The notes under the pieces: model-generated | Told to the model about the DNA's origin: nothing | What the model saw: the letters and a program-made list of their open reading frames with translations, nothing else | Databases searched by the model: none | Source: Candidatus Latescibacterota bacterium | Lineage (GTDB): Bacteria > Latescibacterota > UBA2968 > GCA-2709665 | DNA: 64,000 nt | Direction: 5' to 3' | Assembly: GCA_965226795.1 (NCBI GenBank) | Contig: CBDDDZ010000002.1 | Coordinates: forward strand, 192,001 to 256,000 | Program-made: the position numbers and the translations under genes | Part shown: positions 47,344 through 57,292 of the stretch, piece by piece | How the letters are laid out: every line of letters starts with the position of its first letter | Position numbering within the stretch: position 1 is the first letter of the stretch

Positions 47344-50300
47344 TTACTCCAATACCAGTTCCATCGTCTCTTCCCGTTCGGTGCCGGCGTGGATGTCGCG
47401 GACCTTTACTTTCAACATAAACTCCCCGGCGCCGGCTCTGCTCAGATCAAGAGATAGAAACTCCCTTGTATCCGGCGTATCGCCCAGGCGCTCGACCGTG
47501 ACGGACGTGGCGGGTTTTTTCCCGCCGCCGAAGATTTTGAGCAGTCTCCTGACGCCCTGCTGTTTCAATCGTGTCAACCCATATGAGACTTCGAACGACG
47601 TCGTGCCCCGCTCGTCGGGCGTCAAATTGTAAAGCTCGAAATAGATGTACACCGGATCCTTACGTGAGAATCGACGAGAGGGATTGGGAACGGCATGGAT
47701 ACCACGAAGGTTGAACCCGTCGCTTCCTTCGACGTCGGGCCAGATCACGTGGGCCGGCACGACGCTGCTCATATCCAGTTCCGTATCCGAAAAATCCGGA
47801 ATTCGCACGCCCTGCTTCCAACCGCCCAGGAGATGGCCCCGCGAGGGCCGCAGAAAAAACGCCGCGTAGCTGGAATCGGGATCAGCGGAAAGCCGAAGTA
47901 CGCCGAAACTTCCGTCCTCGTAACGCGATCGTTCCACCTGCGCCTTTCGGACGTGTCCGGTCAGGTTCTCAAATCGTTTCCATTGCAGGTTGTGCATCGC
48001 CAGGCCGTACTCGTAGATAACCGACGTATCGGGCAACTGGCCGTAGTCCTTTTTCAACGCCTTGAAGGGCATTCCATAATACAACTCAACGTCGCCTCTG
48101 CCCCCTTCACCCTTGAAATACGCCAGGTAGGAATCGTAATCCAGCTCATCCACGTCGTCCTCCCACGAATGCCGGTCCGTCCGCAGCCCCATCTCCACCG
48201 ACTGCCGCGCTTCACGCCTGGCCTTCTCATTTTCCCATCGGACGCGCGCTCTGTAGTTCCCCGAGCCGGAAAGGGATTCCACGAGACGCCAGTCCGAACC
48301 CATACTGCTGGGCGTTGCCACGAAATTGAATACCATCTGAGGAAACGCATCCGTCTTCCAGTAGTGCCAGATTTCGGCCATCGAGAACTTCTGCGTATCC
48401 GACGGACGGCCATGCCTTATATATAGCAGACCCGGATCGTTAAACCTGTCGTTCAAATCGATTGTACTCGGATATGGAATCTTGTCGTCTTTGTCAGGAT
48501 CGTAGAACCACGTCCGGAAGCCGTCGAAAAGGTAGTACCGTTCGGCATACAGGATCCGCCGATAATGCTCCGCCAATCGTACGTTGGGAAACACGGCGGG
48601 CGTGGGGTCGCGGCTCACCCAGACCTTTCGGAAAAACTCCCGATAGGCCTCATGCGTCTCGAGTTTGGAAAACGCGTCCATCTCCTCGACGGTCACGATA
48701 TACTTCACGTCTTCATACATCAGTTGCGCATCCAGAGAGTCCTGAATGCTCTGCACCGCCTTGTCGTAATAGCCCTCTCCAGTCTCAACGGCGTCACGTC
48801 CATAAGCAATTCGCGCCAGGGAAAGATAGGCCGGTATCACGCTCAACGAAGGCCCAGACGCAAGCCAGCCCTGCAGCACCGTATCTGCGCGGGCCGTCCG
48901 CCCGGCGAGCCGCAGGGCTTCGCCCTCGAAATAGCGCGCGTATTCCGAGCCATGCCTTCGCATCCATTTCAGCGCATCATCCGGATCCGTATTGTCCAGG
49001 AGATGCAGGTACAGACGCCTCAACCTTCGCCGGTGGAGGCGCGAGTCGGGCTTCAACGCCACCTGCTTTTCTCCCAGGCGAATCGCCTGTTCAAACGCTT
49101 TGTCATAGCGTTTGAGTACCGCGTACTGATAGTAGGCGTCGCGGTATTGAGGTGTTATGTTCACCAATTGTATGAAGTACCGTTCCGATCGCCGCCAATT
49201 CAACCAGCGCATTACAGTCGCCTGGAATTTTCCGGCTTCCCGGTGCGCGATGGCCAGTCGGTAGAGCGCTTCGGGATTGTCCGGATCCTGGTCCAGAATC
49301 TGTCCTGACCATTGCTTCAGATCCCCCCAATCCTCCTCCTGCATCGCCACGTCGCTGAGCGCCATCAACGCCGAAGGAGATCCAGGGGATCGCTTCAACG
49401 CCTTCTTGAAATAATATTTCGCGTCCTTGGGCGCGTTCTGCTTCAGATGGACCCTTCCCAATCCCACGTAGGCAGGCGCGTACTGATCGTCCTCCGAAAT
49501 CGCATCTTCGAAACGTTGCATCGCCGCATCGAATTCGCCGGCAGCCAGAAGATCGACTCCCTGGTTGAACGTCGCAGGTGCGCCGGGATCTGATACCAGC
49601 GCCTCATCGGGAACCGCCTGCCCGGTGATGCCGCGTTGGCCGATAACACCGTCCGGCATTTGCCGCTGGAGGCGGGGAACACGGTGGGACCAATAGCCCG
49701 TTTCAGGACCGGTTGTCCGCTCGAAAGCCATACGCCGTTCCTCCGGTGCGGCATTGAGGCGCGCCAGGAGGGTGTCGCTGTCGGCGAGACGGACCACCCT
49801 GACGCCCTCCATGTCCCGTATCGCGACGGGTTCAGCGCGATCCAGCAGCAGCCGGTCCGGGCGCGGCACCATGGCGGATGGAAAGACCAGCACGCCACGT
49901 GCAGGCGGGTCTTCGGTGGTCGCCCCCGGCGGTGCGTGCATCCCCGAGTGATCTGAAACTGAAACGACTGTCATCGCCCCCGAGATGCCCCCGCCATGGC
50001 CTTCATCGAGTCCCTCTACCGCAGTCGCCACGGCCTCGGCGCTATGCACGGACACCACCGCGTTCACGTTCGCCGTCCGCTCCAGCGCCTTATGGTTGGG
50101 CAGGGCCTCCTTCGCGAAGCCCGAGAACGCCGGAATATATCCCACGCGTATGGTATCGGCGTCCCAGACGTCCGCCGCCATCTGTCCGCGGGTGCGATTC
50201 ACCACCAGGATGTTCGGCGTCGCCGGCGCCGGCATGACCAGGTACACCGGGTCGCCCCACCGGCCTGCCAGGTCCCGGCCCTTCGCAAGACGGTTCATGA

Positions 50301-50679
50301 AGCCCATCAGGTTCAGGCTCGCCCGCGCGTCGATCCGGCGCATCCGGATATCGGCCAGTAGCAGCCGGGTCTCGTCCGCGCTGACCGAGCCGGTCTCCAG
50401 CGCCAGGTTCATCGCGTCGACGTCCCGTTTGAGCGTCAGCAGCGACTTGCGGTTGCGCTTGCGCAAGTCTGTAAGCATTTCCTCGAAGTCGCCAACTGGA
50501 GCGGGTATGGACGGTCCAGGTTTCGTCGCGCGGAGAGAACGTCTCCCGTCCAACTTCAGATGAATGCTGTCCACCGGACCTTGAATTCCCTGGACGCGCA
50601 CATCCAGGGAATCGCCGCCGGCTGCATTTGCGCCCGCCAGCAACAGATATAACAAAACGACGGATTTCACACCGTGCAT
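47344..50679 (-). CDS. Large exported TPR protein with divergent GWxTD-like domain
   Basis: ATG 50679 after GGAGG. Signal peptide, ~370-aa unique N-terminal region, TPRs, FF...W..RDPTP....N.RL.EHYRRI.YA, D.G.LYIRHG.P (the GWxTD pentapeptide itself is absent), and YFELYNL. Confidence 0.75.
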   Translation of the reverse strand: MHGVKSVVLLYLLLAGANAAGGDSLDVRVQGIQGPVDSIHLKLDGRRSLRATKPGPSIPAPVGDFEEMLTDLRKRNRKSLLTLKRDVDAMNLALETGSVSADETRLLLADIRMRRIDARASLNLMGFMNRLAKGRDLAGRWGDPVYLVMPAPATPNILVVNRTRGQMAADVWDADTIRVGYIPAFSGFAKEALPNHKALERTANVNAVVSVHSAEAVATAVEGLDEGHGGGISGAMTVVSVSDHSGMHAPPGATTEDPPARGVLVFPSAMVPRPDRLLLDRAEPVAIRDMEGVRVVRLADSDTLLARLNAAPEERRMAFERTTGPETGYWSHRVPRLQRQMPDGVIGQRGITGQAVPDEALVSDPGAPATFNQGVDLLAAGEFDAAMQRFEDAISEDDQYAPAYVGLGRVHLKQNAPKDAKYYFKKALKRSPGSPSALMALSDVAMQEEDWGDLKQWSGQILDQDPDNPEALYRLAIAHREAGKFQATVMRWLNWRRSERYFIQLVNITPQYRDAYYQYAVLKRYDKAFEQAIRLGEKQVALKPDSRLHRRRLRRLYLHLLDNTDPDDALKWMRRHGSEYARYFEGEALRLAGRTARADTVLQGWLASGPSLSVIPAYLSLARIAYGRDAVETGEGYYDKAVQSIQDSLDAQLMYEDVKYIVTVEEMDAFSKLETHEAYREFFRKVWVSRDPTPAVFPNVRLAEHYRRILYAERYYLFDGFRTWFYDPDKDDKIPYPSTIDLNDRFNDPGLLYIRHGRPSDTQKFSMAEIWHYWKTDAFPQMVFNFVATPSSMGSDWRLVESLSGSGNYRARVRWENEKARREARQSVEMGLRTDRHSWEDDVDELDYDSYLAYFKGEGGRGDVELYYGMPFKALKKDYGQLPDTSVIYEYGLAMHNLQWKRFENLTGHVRKAQVERSRYEDGSFGVLRLSADPDSSYAAFFLRPSRGHLLGGWKQGVRIPDFSDTELDMSSVVPAHVIWPDVEGSDGFNLRGIHAVPNPSRRFSRKDPVYIYFELYNLTPDERGTTSFEVSYGLTRLKQQGVRRLLKIFGGGKKPATSVTVERLGDTPDTREFLSLDLSRAGAGEFMLKVKVRDIHAGTEREETMELVLE

Positions 50680-50684
50680 GGCCC

Positions 50685-51176
50685 TTACCTCCACTGTCGC
50701 TCCAGTTCAGCTTCCATGTCCAGGATCGACGCCCGGATCTTCGCCAATTCCTTGCGAACCGGCGCCGATCTTCCGTTTCCCGGCGGTGGAATCGTCTCGT
50801 ACATCTCCAATCCCCAGATCGCGAGCATCAACGCCGCGGCCGCGGCTGCCGGCGCAAGCACCCTGCGGGGAATCCTGCCGAGAAGATCCGCCGGACGCCA
50901 TCGAGCGCGCCGCGGCGGCGGCAGTAGCCGATTCGACAAACCACTCCAGAATCCCTCCGGCGCCGTCGCGTTTGCGACCGTTGCCTCGAAATGACTCCGC
51001 ACTGCGTCCTCGCTTAGACCCAGCCGCTCAAACGCCAGCGCGCAATCCCCGCACCGCGCCACGTGAGCCCGCATAGCCTCTTCCCCCTCGGGCGATAAAT
51101 CGCCGTCCAGGTAGCTATGCATCCGCTTTCTGGTTTCGCGACACCGGGATTTCAGCATCTTGCAACCCTTTCTCAT
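50685..51176 (-). CDS. Zinc-binding anti-sigma factor (zf-HC2) with one transmembrane helix
   Basis: C...SYLDGDL...HVARCGDC (HxxxCxxC), then hydrophobic LAPAAAAAALMLAIWGL. Lies directly downstream of the ECF sigma gene. Confidence 0.9.
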   Translation of the reverse strand: MRKGCKMLKSRCRETRKRMHSYLDGDLSPEGEEAMRAHVARCGDCALAFERLGLSEDAVRSHFEATVANATAPEGFWSGLSNRLLPPPRRARWRPADLLGRIPRRVLAPAAAAAALMLAIWGLEMYETIPPPGNGRSAPVRKELAKIRASILDMEAELERQWR

Positions 51177-51181
51177 TTCGG

Positions 51182-51739
51182 TCAGTCCAACAGACCCTGT
51201 CTCTTGATCTCTTTCTGCAATTTTTCTCGCGCCCGGTGAAGCCGGGACTTTACCGTGCCTTCGGGAATGTCGAGAATCTCAGCAATTTCACCGCAGGCGA
51301 GTTCGTCCAGATAGGTCAATACCACAACCTCGTGAAGTTTTCTCGGCAACCGGTCAATCGTCGCCCGCAGGCGTATCCGCACGTCCCGTTTCGCAACCTC
51401 GACATCGGGCGCGTCCGTCCGCGCCGAAGCCAGGCTCCCGAACCATGAGGGCGGTGTCAGGCGCTCCAGGAGCCGCCGTCGCCGCCGCCGCGCGTTCAGT
51501 GCGGTTCGAACCACAATCCGGTACAACCAGGCCTGAAAGGGAACCTGACCGGAAAACGAACCCAGGCCCCTGTAAGCGCGGACGAACGCGTCCTGAGCGG
51601 CCTCCTCCGCTTCCTCCCGTCTGCCCAGAACCGATAGCGCAACGCGGAAGACAAAGTCCTGGTGGGGTTCAATCAACCTCCGGAACGCGTCCCGATTTCC
51701 CGAAAGACACTGCTGGATCAGGTCCCGTTCCTGAAGCAT
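51182..51739 (-). CDS. ECF RNA polymerase sigma factor
   Basis: AEEAAQDAF, F.AWLYRI, LP.K..EV..L and EIAEILDIPEGTVKSRLHRAR. ATG 51739 follows GGAG. Confidence 0.95.
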   Translation of the reverse strand: MLQERDLIQQCLSGNRDAFRRLIEPHQDFVFRVALSVLGRREEAEEAAQDAFVRAYRGLGSFSGQVPFQAWLYRIVVRTALNARRRRRRLLERLTPPSWFGSLASARTDAPDVEVAKRDVRIRLRATIDRLPRKLHEVVVLTYLDELACGEIAEILDIPEGTVKSRLHRAREKLQKEIKRQGLLD

Positions 51740-51867
51740 GGTGAACTCCGGCGTCTTGGCGTGCAGATGAAACGCTATCGGAATTTGCATTATGTGATCT
51801 ACGGATAACACTCTATTTCCCAAACACCGCGATAAGTGGCGCTGCATATCCTTTCTCACATCCTGCA

Positions 51868-51894
51868 AGACACGCCTTCTGTTGAACCGGTTCA
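51868..51894 (-). promoter_or_regulatory. Putative autoregulatory ECF promoter
   Basis: Minus strand TGAACC-N17-GTCT. The -35 lies inside a perfect palindrome TGAACCGGTTCA (51883-51894). Confidence 0.55.
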
Positions 51895-52008
51895 GTAAAA
51901 ATTCGCCAGTTCTCCCCAAAAAGCAACATTTATTGCGGGGAACCGAAACGCAGGCGCGTCGATTATGCCCGCCGGGTGGCCTCTCGTCGCCCGCTGCCCA
52001 ATAAACCC

Positions 52009-52037
52009 TTGACGCGTCCTGTCCATGTCACTACTTT
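52009..52037 (+). promoter_or_regulatory. Putative sigma70 promoter
   Basis: TTGACG-N17-TACTTT, 70 nt before the 52108 start. Confidence 0.35.
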
Positions 52038-52107
52038 TTTGGGGTGACGGCGCAAAAAACGAGGGTCCCGCCCTGCCCTCTTCACCAACTTCACGGAGAA
52101 TTGAACT

Positions 52108-53478
52108 ATGCCGGACCCGAAATATCTCCTGGACGACCGGAAAATGCAGGAATTCATCGCCAATGGATTCACAACGATTAAGGTCAATCTCCCGCCTGAG
52201 TTCCATGAAGAAATCTACAGGAAGACCGACGAAGTCTTCGAAAAGGAAGGGAACCCGGGAAACAATGTCCTGCCGCGCGTTCCCGAAATCCAGACCGTTT
52301 TCGACCAGCCCGAAGTCCGCGGCGCCTTCACCTCCATCCTCGGGCCCGACCATACCATGCACACCCACCGCCATTGCCATTTCAACAAACCCAACGGGCC
52401 CGGCGGCGGCTGGCACAAGGACAGCTATTGGGGCTACTATAAGCTGCGTTACCACCGCAACCGGTGGGCGATGGCCTTCTATTATCCCCAGGACGTGGAA
52501 CTAATAAACGGCCCGACCGGCGTCATTCCCCACACGCACTGCTATATGGACCGTCTGAAGAATCCGGACGAGGCCGGTGTTTCCGTGTGCGGCGAAGCCG
52601 GAACGATCGCGATCGTCCACTTCGACATCTGGCATCGAGCCATGCCGAACCAGGTCGACAAGAGACGGTATATGATGAAATTCCAGTTTACACGTATGTC
52701 CGAGCCCACGCAGCCGGCGTGGAATCATAACGACGGCGCCTGGAGCAACGCGGACGTTGGAAACAGACACCCATTTGTCTGGAACAGCATCTGGGACTGG
52801 TCGCGAGGGTTGAACGCCAACGGCCACGCGGGTAACGTGGATGCGCTTTCGCGGGCCCTCCAGGATGGCGACGAAACCGCCCGGCTCAACGCGGCGTACG
52901 AACTGGCCGCAACCGGAGAACCGGCTGTTGGTCCGCTTGTTCGCGCCCTTCAGTCGGGCGACGACAGCGTGAAACTCAACGCCGCATACGGGTTGGCCGC
53001 CGTGGGTGAGCCCGCCGTCCCCGAACTCGTCGGCGCGCTCGGACACGATGATGAAAAGGTCCGTGGCCACGCCGCCTTCGCGCTGGGCGACGCCGGTCCA
53101 GCGGCATCCGAGTCGGTACCCGCACTCGCGAAAACGTTGGACGATCCGTCCGAATGGGTTCGCCACCACGCGGCCGAAGCCCTGGGCACCATTGCCAGCA
53201 ACCCGGACGAGGCCGTGCCCGCATTGGCGAATGCCCTGAAGGACGACGACGGCCAGGTTCGTTATACCTCGGCGTATTCCCTGGCGCGTATCGGAGCGGA
53301 CGCCGAATCCGCCATCCCGGCCCTCAGAGAAGCCCTGCAGGACGAGAATCGCTACGCCTCGGGGCACGCGGCGGTGGCGCTTCAGCACATCGGCACGCCC
53401 GAATCGCTCAATGTCCTGTTGGACCATCTCAGCACGGCCCGGTGGTGTCCTATAACGACACGGGAAGACCTGTATTAG
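52108..53478 (+). CDS. PhyH-family dioxygenase fused to HEAT (PBS-lyase-like) repeats
   Basis: WHKD (HxD) and WHRA (distal His), then about six repeats of the form L.D.D..VR..AA.ALG. Confidence 0.88.
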   Translation: MPDPKYLLDDRKMQEFIANGFTTIKVNLPPEFHEEIYRKTDEVFEKEGNPGNNVLPRVPEIQTVFDQPEVRGAFTSILGPDHTMHTHRHCHFNKPNGPGGGWHKDSYWGYYKLRYHRNRWAMAFYYPQDVELINGPTGVIPHTHCYMDRLKNPDEAGVSVCGEAGTIAIVHFDIWHRAMPNQVDKRRYMMKFQFTRMSEPTQPAWNHNDGAWSNADVGNRHPFVWNSIWDWSRGLNANGHAGNVDALSRALQDGDETARLNAAYELAATGEPAVGPLVRALQSGDDSVKLNAAYGLAAVGEPAVPELVGALGHDDEKVRGHAAFALGDAGPAASESVPALAKTLDDPSEWVRHHAAEALGTIASNPDEAVPALANALKDDDGQVRYTSAYSLARIGADAESAIPALREALQDENRYASGHAAVALQHIGTPESLNVLLDHLSTARWCPITTREDLY

Positions 53479-53597
53479 GCTGAACAACCAGCGGCGGGGC
53501 TAAGGCACGACAAATAGTCGGGTAAAGCCGATCGATGGGTTGTGTTCCGGGCCTGCGAGGTCATTTTCTTCTCTCTTTATTTAATTTTCCTTTTTTC

Positions 53598-53830
53598 TGT
53601 CCTTTTTCTTGTACGCCCAAGAAAAAGGACCAAAAAGAACGGCGCCTGCCTGCCGAGCACGGCTCGGCGCAGGCAGGCCGTTCGGCACGGGGCCGGTTTT
53701 TCCGAAAATCGTCTCAGATGAATAAGAGGAAATTGGGTGTCCTGCGGGTCCCTCAGGTGTACCAGAACCATAGCAGGGGACGGATCAACGTGGAAAAACC
53801 CCCTTCTCCACAACCGGTCGCAGGTGCGAT
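53598..53830 (-). repeat. Structured ~200-nt non-coding element, copy A, with an inserted CCTGCC-type palindrome
   Basis: The reverse complement aligns with 62221..62416. Hairpin GTCCTTTTTCTTG/CAAGAAAAAGGAC. Insert GCCTGCCTGCCGAGC...AGGCAGGC at 53644-53678. Confidence 0.65.
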
Positions 53831-54030
53831 TAAACACATTAGAGGGCGATAGAAATCCCTACTCCCCCACCGGGCGGTCGTGTGGTAGACCGCGAAGGAC
53901 CGATGTGTGGATTTGGGCTTGGACCGCGTTTTTCCGATTGCTGTTGTCGCATTTTGCGACACCCGGAAGCAAGGGCGTCGTGCCCGTGCAAACGTTGTGC
54001 CGTATAGCAACGGGTTTTCGCTGGTTTTAG

Positions 54031-54068
54031 GCTGACTGCTGTACGCTGATCGCTGAAAACTGACGGCT
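54031..54068 (+). repeat. Degenerate heptamer tandem repeat (GCTGANN)
   Basis: GCTGACT GCTGTAC GCTGATC GCTGAAA ACTGACG GCT. Confidence 0.65.
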
Positions 54069-54154
54069 TCTTACGTCTCCCGTCTCCCTACTCACCCGGT
54101 GGCCACGGGGTGGAAGGGCGGTCTGTTTCCCGGGGGTGGATGCGTGAGGTGTTT

Positions 54155-55282
54155 ATGACGACGACCTTATACAGAACGATCACCTTTCTTGCAGTGCTGA
54201 TTCTTGTGGCCGCATGCGGAGGGAAGGAACAACCCGCCGCCCCAGAGCCGCCGCCTGCCGAGACGACGGGTGGCAACATCCAGCAGAACAGACCCCTGCT
54301 TTCGGACGACAAGTTCGGTGCCGACTCGAATCCTACGGGCAATCCCATCGGAGGTGGAGACGGATACAATCAACGGGTCGAGGAGTACGACTATTTCGTT
54401 ACGAACCGCACGGAACTCCTGAACGCGCTCAAGCAGGCGACCGGGGGCCAGGTGGTCTATCTGGCGGACACTGCCAGGGTGGACCTTACAGGCGACCGGA
54501 ACATAGAGATCCGCGCGGGCGTCACGCTGGCCAGCGGGCGGGGCAAGCCCGATTCCGAGGGTGGCCTGGTCTATTCCAAGGAACTGGAGACGATTCCACT
54601 CTTTCTCGTCACTGGTCCCGACGTTCGCGTTACCGGGCTCAGGCTGGAGGGCCCGGACACGATGAGACGCACCGAGCAGATGAAGCAACTCCTGTCGGAA
54701 GGCCGGCAATTCAGTATCCCCAACTCCCGGGGCATTCAGACCGCACATCCCAGGCTCGAAGTGGACAACTGCGAACTCTGGGGTTGGACCCACGCCGCCA
54801 TTTTCCTCCGGGCGAATTCAACGGACAACCACGTCCACCATAACTATTTCCACCACAACCAGCGCCACCATATGGGCTACGGCGTGAATTTGGACCGGTC
54901 GGAAGCGCTGATTGAAGCCAACCTGTTCGACTGGTGCCGGCACCATATCGCCGGTACGGGCAGGCCAGGCACGAGCTACGAAGCCCGCTACAACCTGGTT
55001 CTCGAAAACGCCAACAGCCACAGTTTTGACATGCACGGCGGCCGGGACCGGGATGACGGAACGGATATCGCCGGCGACGTCATTCTCATTCATCACAACA
55101 CGTTTCTGGCTATCGACGTGGAGGCCGTCGTCATCCGGGGGATTCCCCAGGAAGCCTGTGAGATTTACAACAACTGGTTTATCCATTGGCTCCCGGCTAC
55201 CGCTGTCAGACAGGCATACGCCACGGGTAATCTACGGCTCTATTCAAACCAGTACACGCACAACCGGCTCGTCAAGGACTGA
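54155..55282 (+). CDS. Lipoprotein with right-handed beta-helix (pectin-lyase-like) domain, 375 aa
   Basis: Lipobox VAAC and RBS GAGG. Repeats EVDNCE, HVHHNYFHHN, IEANLF, IHHNTF. Confidence 0.75.
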   Translation: MTTTLYRTITFLAVLILVAACGGKEQPAAPEPPPAETTGGNIQQNRPLLSDDKFGADSNPTGNPIGGGDGYNQRVEEYDYFVTNRTELLNALKQATGGQVVYLADTARVDLTGDRNIEIRAGVTLASGRGKPDSEGGLVYSKELETIPLFLVTGPDVRVTGLRLEGPDTMRRTEQMKQLLSEGRQFSIPNSRGIQTAHPRLEVDNCELWGWTHAAIFLRANSTDNHVHHNYFHHNQRHHMGYGVNLDRSEALIEANLFDWCRHHIAGTGRPGTSYEARYNLVLENANSHSFDMHGGRDRDDGTDIAGDVILIHHNTFLAIDVEAVVIRGIPQEACEIYNNWFIHWLPATAVRQAYATGNLRLYSNQYTHNRLVKD

Positions 55283-55379
55283 GAAAAAAGCGATAGACGA
55301 TATCTTGAAGAGATACGCGATGGTCCGCGGCAAGATTGGCGGATGTCGAATCGTTGGACCGTATCGTTAACCGGTCTTG

Positions 55380-55440
55380 GCTGACAGCTAATTGCTGATA
55401 GCTGTTTTTCCTGACTGCTGAAACCTGTTCACTGACCGCT
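55380..55440 (+). repeat. Degenerate heptamer tandem repeat (GCTGANN)
   Basis: GCTGACA GCTAATT GCTGATA GCTGTTT .. CCTGACT GCTGAAA CCTGTTC ACTGACC GCT. Confidence 0.65.
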
Positions 55441-55473
55441 TCTTGCCGGGAATGATTGGACGGTGTTTAGAAA

Positions 55474-56601
55474 ATGACAACGACGTTGTACAGAAAGCTG
55501 ATGTGTCTCGCCGCTTTATTTCTGATGGCGGCATGCGGCGGGAAAGACAAATCCGCCGCGCCGGAGACGCCGGACGGCGGTTCGGGAAATGGCAACACCC
55601 AGCAGAACAGACCCCTGCTTTCGGACGACAAGTTCGGCGCCGACTCGAACCCCACGGGCAATCCCATCGGCGGCGGAGATGGGTACGATCGGCTTGTCGA
55701 TCGACACGACTACATGGTTACGAACCGGACGGAACTACTGGACGCGCTCGAACGGGCGGGCGCGGGCGAGGTCGTCTATCTCGCCGACACCGCGAGGGTG
55801 GATCTGACGGGCGACCGGAACATCGAGATCCGCGCGGGCGTCACGCTGGCCAGCGGGCGGGGCAAGCCCGATTCGGATGGGGGCCTCGTTTATTCCAAAC
55901 AACTGGAGACCCTTCCGCTCTTCCTCGTTACCGGGGCCGACGTACGCGTGACCGGCCTCAGGCTGGAGGGCCCGGACACCATGAGGCGCACCGAGCAGAT
56001 GAAGGAGCTCCTTGCAGTCGGGGAGTATTACAGCATTCCCAACTCCCGGGGCATTCAGACCGTACATCCCAGGCTCGAAGTGGACAACTGTGAACTCTGG
56101 GGCTGGAGTCACGGCGCGATTTTCCTCCGGGCCAATTCAACGGACAACCACATCCACCACAACTATTTCCACCACAACCAGCGCCATGGCCTGGGTTACG
56201 GCGTGGTTATGGACCGATCCGAGGCCCTCATCGAGGCCAACCTGTTCGACTGGGGCCGGCACCATATTGCCGGCACGGGCAGGCCCGGCACGAGTTACGA
56301 AGCCCGCTACAACCTGGTTCTGGAAAACGCCAACAGCCACAGTTTCGACATGCACGGCGGAAGGGACCGGGACGACGGAACAGACATCGCCGGCGGCCTC
56401 ATTCTCATTCATCACAATACGTTCATGGCCGTCGACGTGGAAGCCGTGACAATCCGGGGCATACCCCAGGATATCTGTGACATCTACAATAACTGGTTTA
56501 TCCACTGGCTCCCGGCTACCGCAATCAGACAGGCCTACGCCACGGGAAACTTGCGTCACTACTCAAATCAGTATACACATAATCGAGTCGTAAAGGACTG
56601 A
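55474..56601 (+). CDS. Tandem paralog of the beta-helix lipoprotein, 375 aa
   Basis: Lipobox MAAC. Same length as 54155..55282 and mostly identical beyond the linker. Confidence 0.75.
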   Translation: MTTTLYRKLMCLAALFLMAACGGKDKSAAPETPDGGSGNGNTQQNRPLLSDDKFGADSNPTGNPIGGGDGYDRLVDRHDYMVTNRTELLDALERAGAGEVVYLADTARVDLTGDRNIEIRAGVTLASGRGKPDSDGGLVYSKQLETLPLFLVTGADVRVTGLRLEGPDTMRRTEQMKELLAVGEYYSIPNSRGIQTVHPRLEVDNCELWGWSHGAIFLRANSTDNHIHHNYFHHNQRHGLGYGVVMDRSEALIEANLFDWGRHHIAGTGRPGTSYEARYNLVLENANSHSFDMHGGRDRDDGTDIAGGLILIHHNTFMAVDVEAVTIRGIPQDICDIYNNWFIHWLPATAIRQAYATGNLRHYSNQYTHNRVVKD

Positions 56602-56636
56602 GCGAACAGCGCATTGTCGCGAGAGGAGATCTGCGG

Positions 56637-57089
56637 ATGGCGAAACGGTGGAAGGTGTATTTGTCCGGCGAAATCCACAGTGACTGGCGGGACCGGATCG
56701 TCAGCGCGGCGGTGGAAAAGGAACTTCCGGTCTCCTTTACGGCGCCTGTTACCGATCACGCCGCGAGCGACAACTGCGGCGTGGATATCCTCGGCCCCGA
56801 AGCGTCCGGGTTCTGGAAGGATCACAAGGGCGCGAAGATCAATGCCATCCGGACCCGCACGCTTATCAGCGATGCCGACGTCGTGGTGGTGCGCTTCGGA
56901 GGCACATATCGGCAGTGGAACGCGGCGTTCGACGCCGGTTTCGCCGCGGCGCTGGGCAAGCCGATCGTCGTGATGCACGACGCCGACATCGCCCACGCGC
57001 TCAAGGAAGTCGACTCGGCGGCGATGGCGGTGGCACAGACGCCCGAACAGGTAGCGGACGTTCTCGGGTACGTGACCCGGGAAACGTGA
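56637..57089 (+). CDS. ytoQ: YtoQ family protein (nucleoside 2-deoxyribosyltransferase-like fold)
   Basis: VYLSGEIHSDWR, PVTDH..SD.CG, IN.IRT, YRQWNAAFDAG and HALKEVD. Confidence 0.88.
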   Translation: MAKRWKVYLSGEIHSDWRDRIVSAAVEKELPVSFTAPVTDHAASDNCGVDILGPEASGFWKDHKGAKINAIRTRTLISDADVVVVRFGGTYRQWNAAFDAGFAAALGKPIVVMHDADIAHALKEVDSAAMAVAQTPEQVADVLGYVTRET

Positions 57090-57263
57090 ATTGCACGTTA
57101 CCCGTCTGACAGATGTGTCGAAAATAACCGGCAAATGGGCGGCGAATGCCCACAGGTTCCACACGTGCAAGTGGTGCCGTGTCGACCGTACCCGGGAATG
57201 CACCGCCGTATCGCAAGCGCGTATTTCCCCCAACGTGTCCGGTACGGCTGAACAAAAAACATC

Positions 57264-57292
57264 TTGAAAGATGAACAAAGATGCACTATATT
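57264..57292 (+). promoter_or_regulatory. Putative sigma70 promoter of the topoisomerase operon
   Basis: TTGAAA-N17-TATATT in AT-rich intergenic DNA. Confidence 0.55.

Noticed and set aside
53598..53852. ORFs 53535..53852, 53577..53837 and 62142..62417; riboswitch or hammerhead reading of the element
   Set aside because: The ORFs are translations of the repeat. No hammerhead core or recognisable aptamer consensus was found, and orientation is not consistently 5' of a gene.
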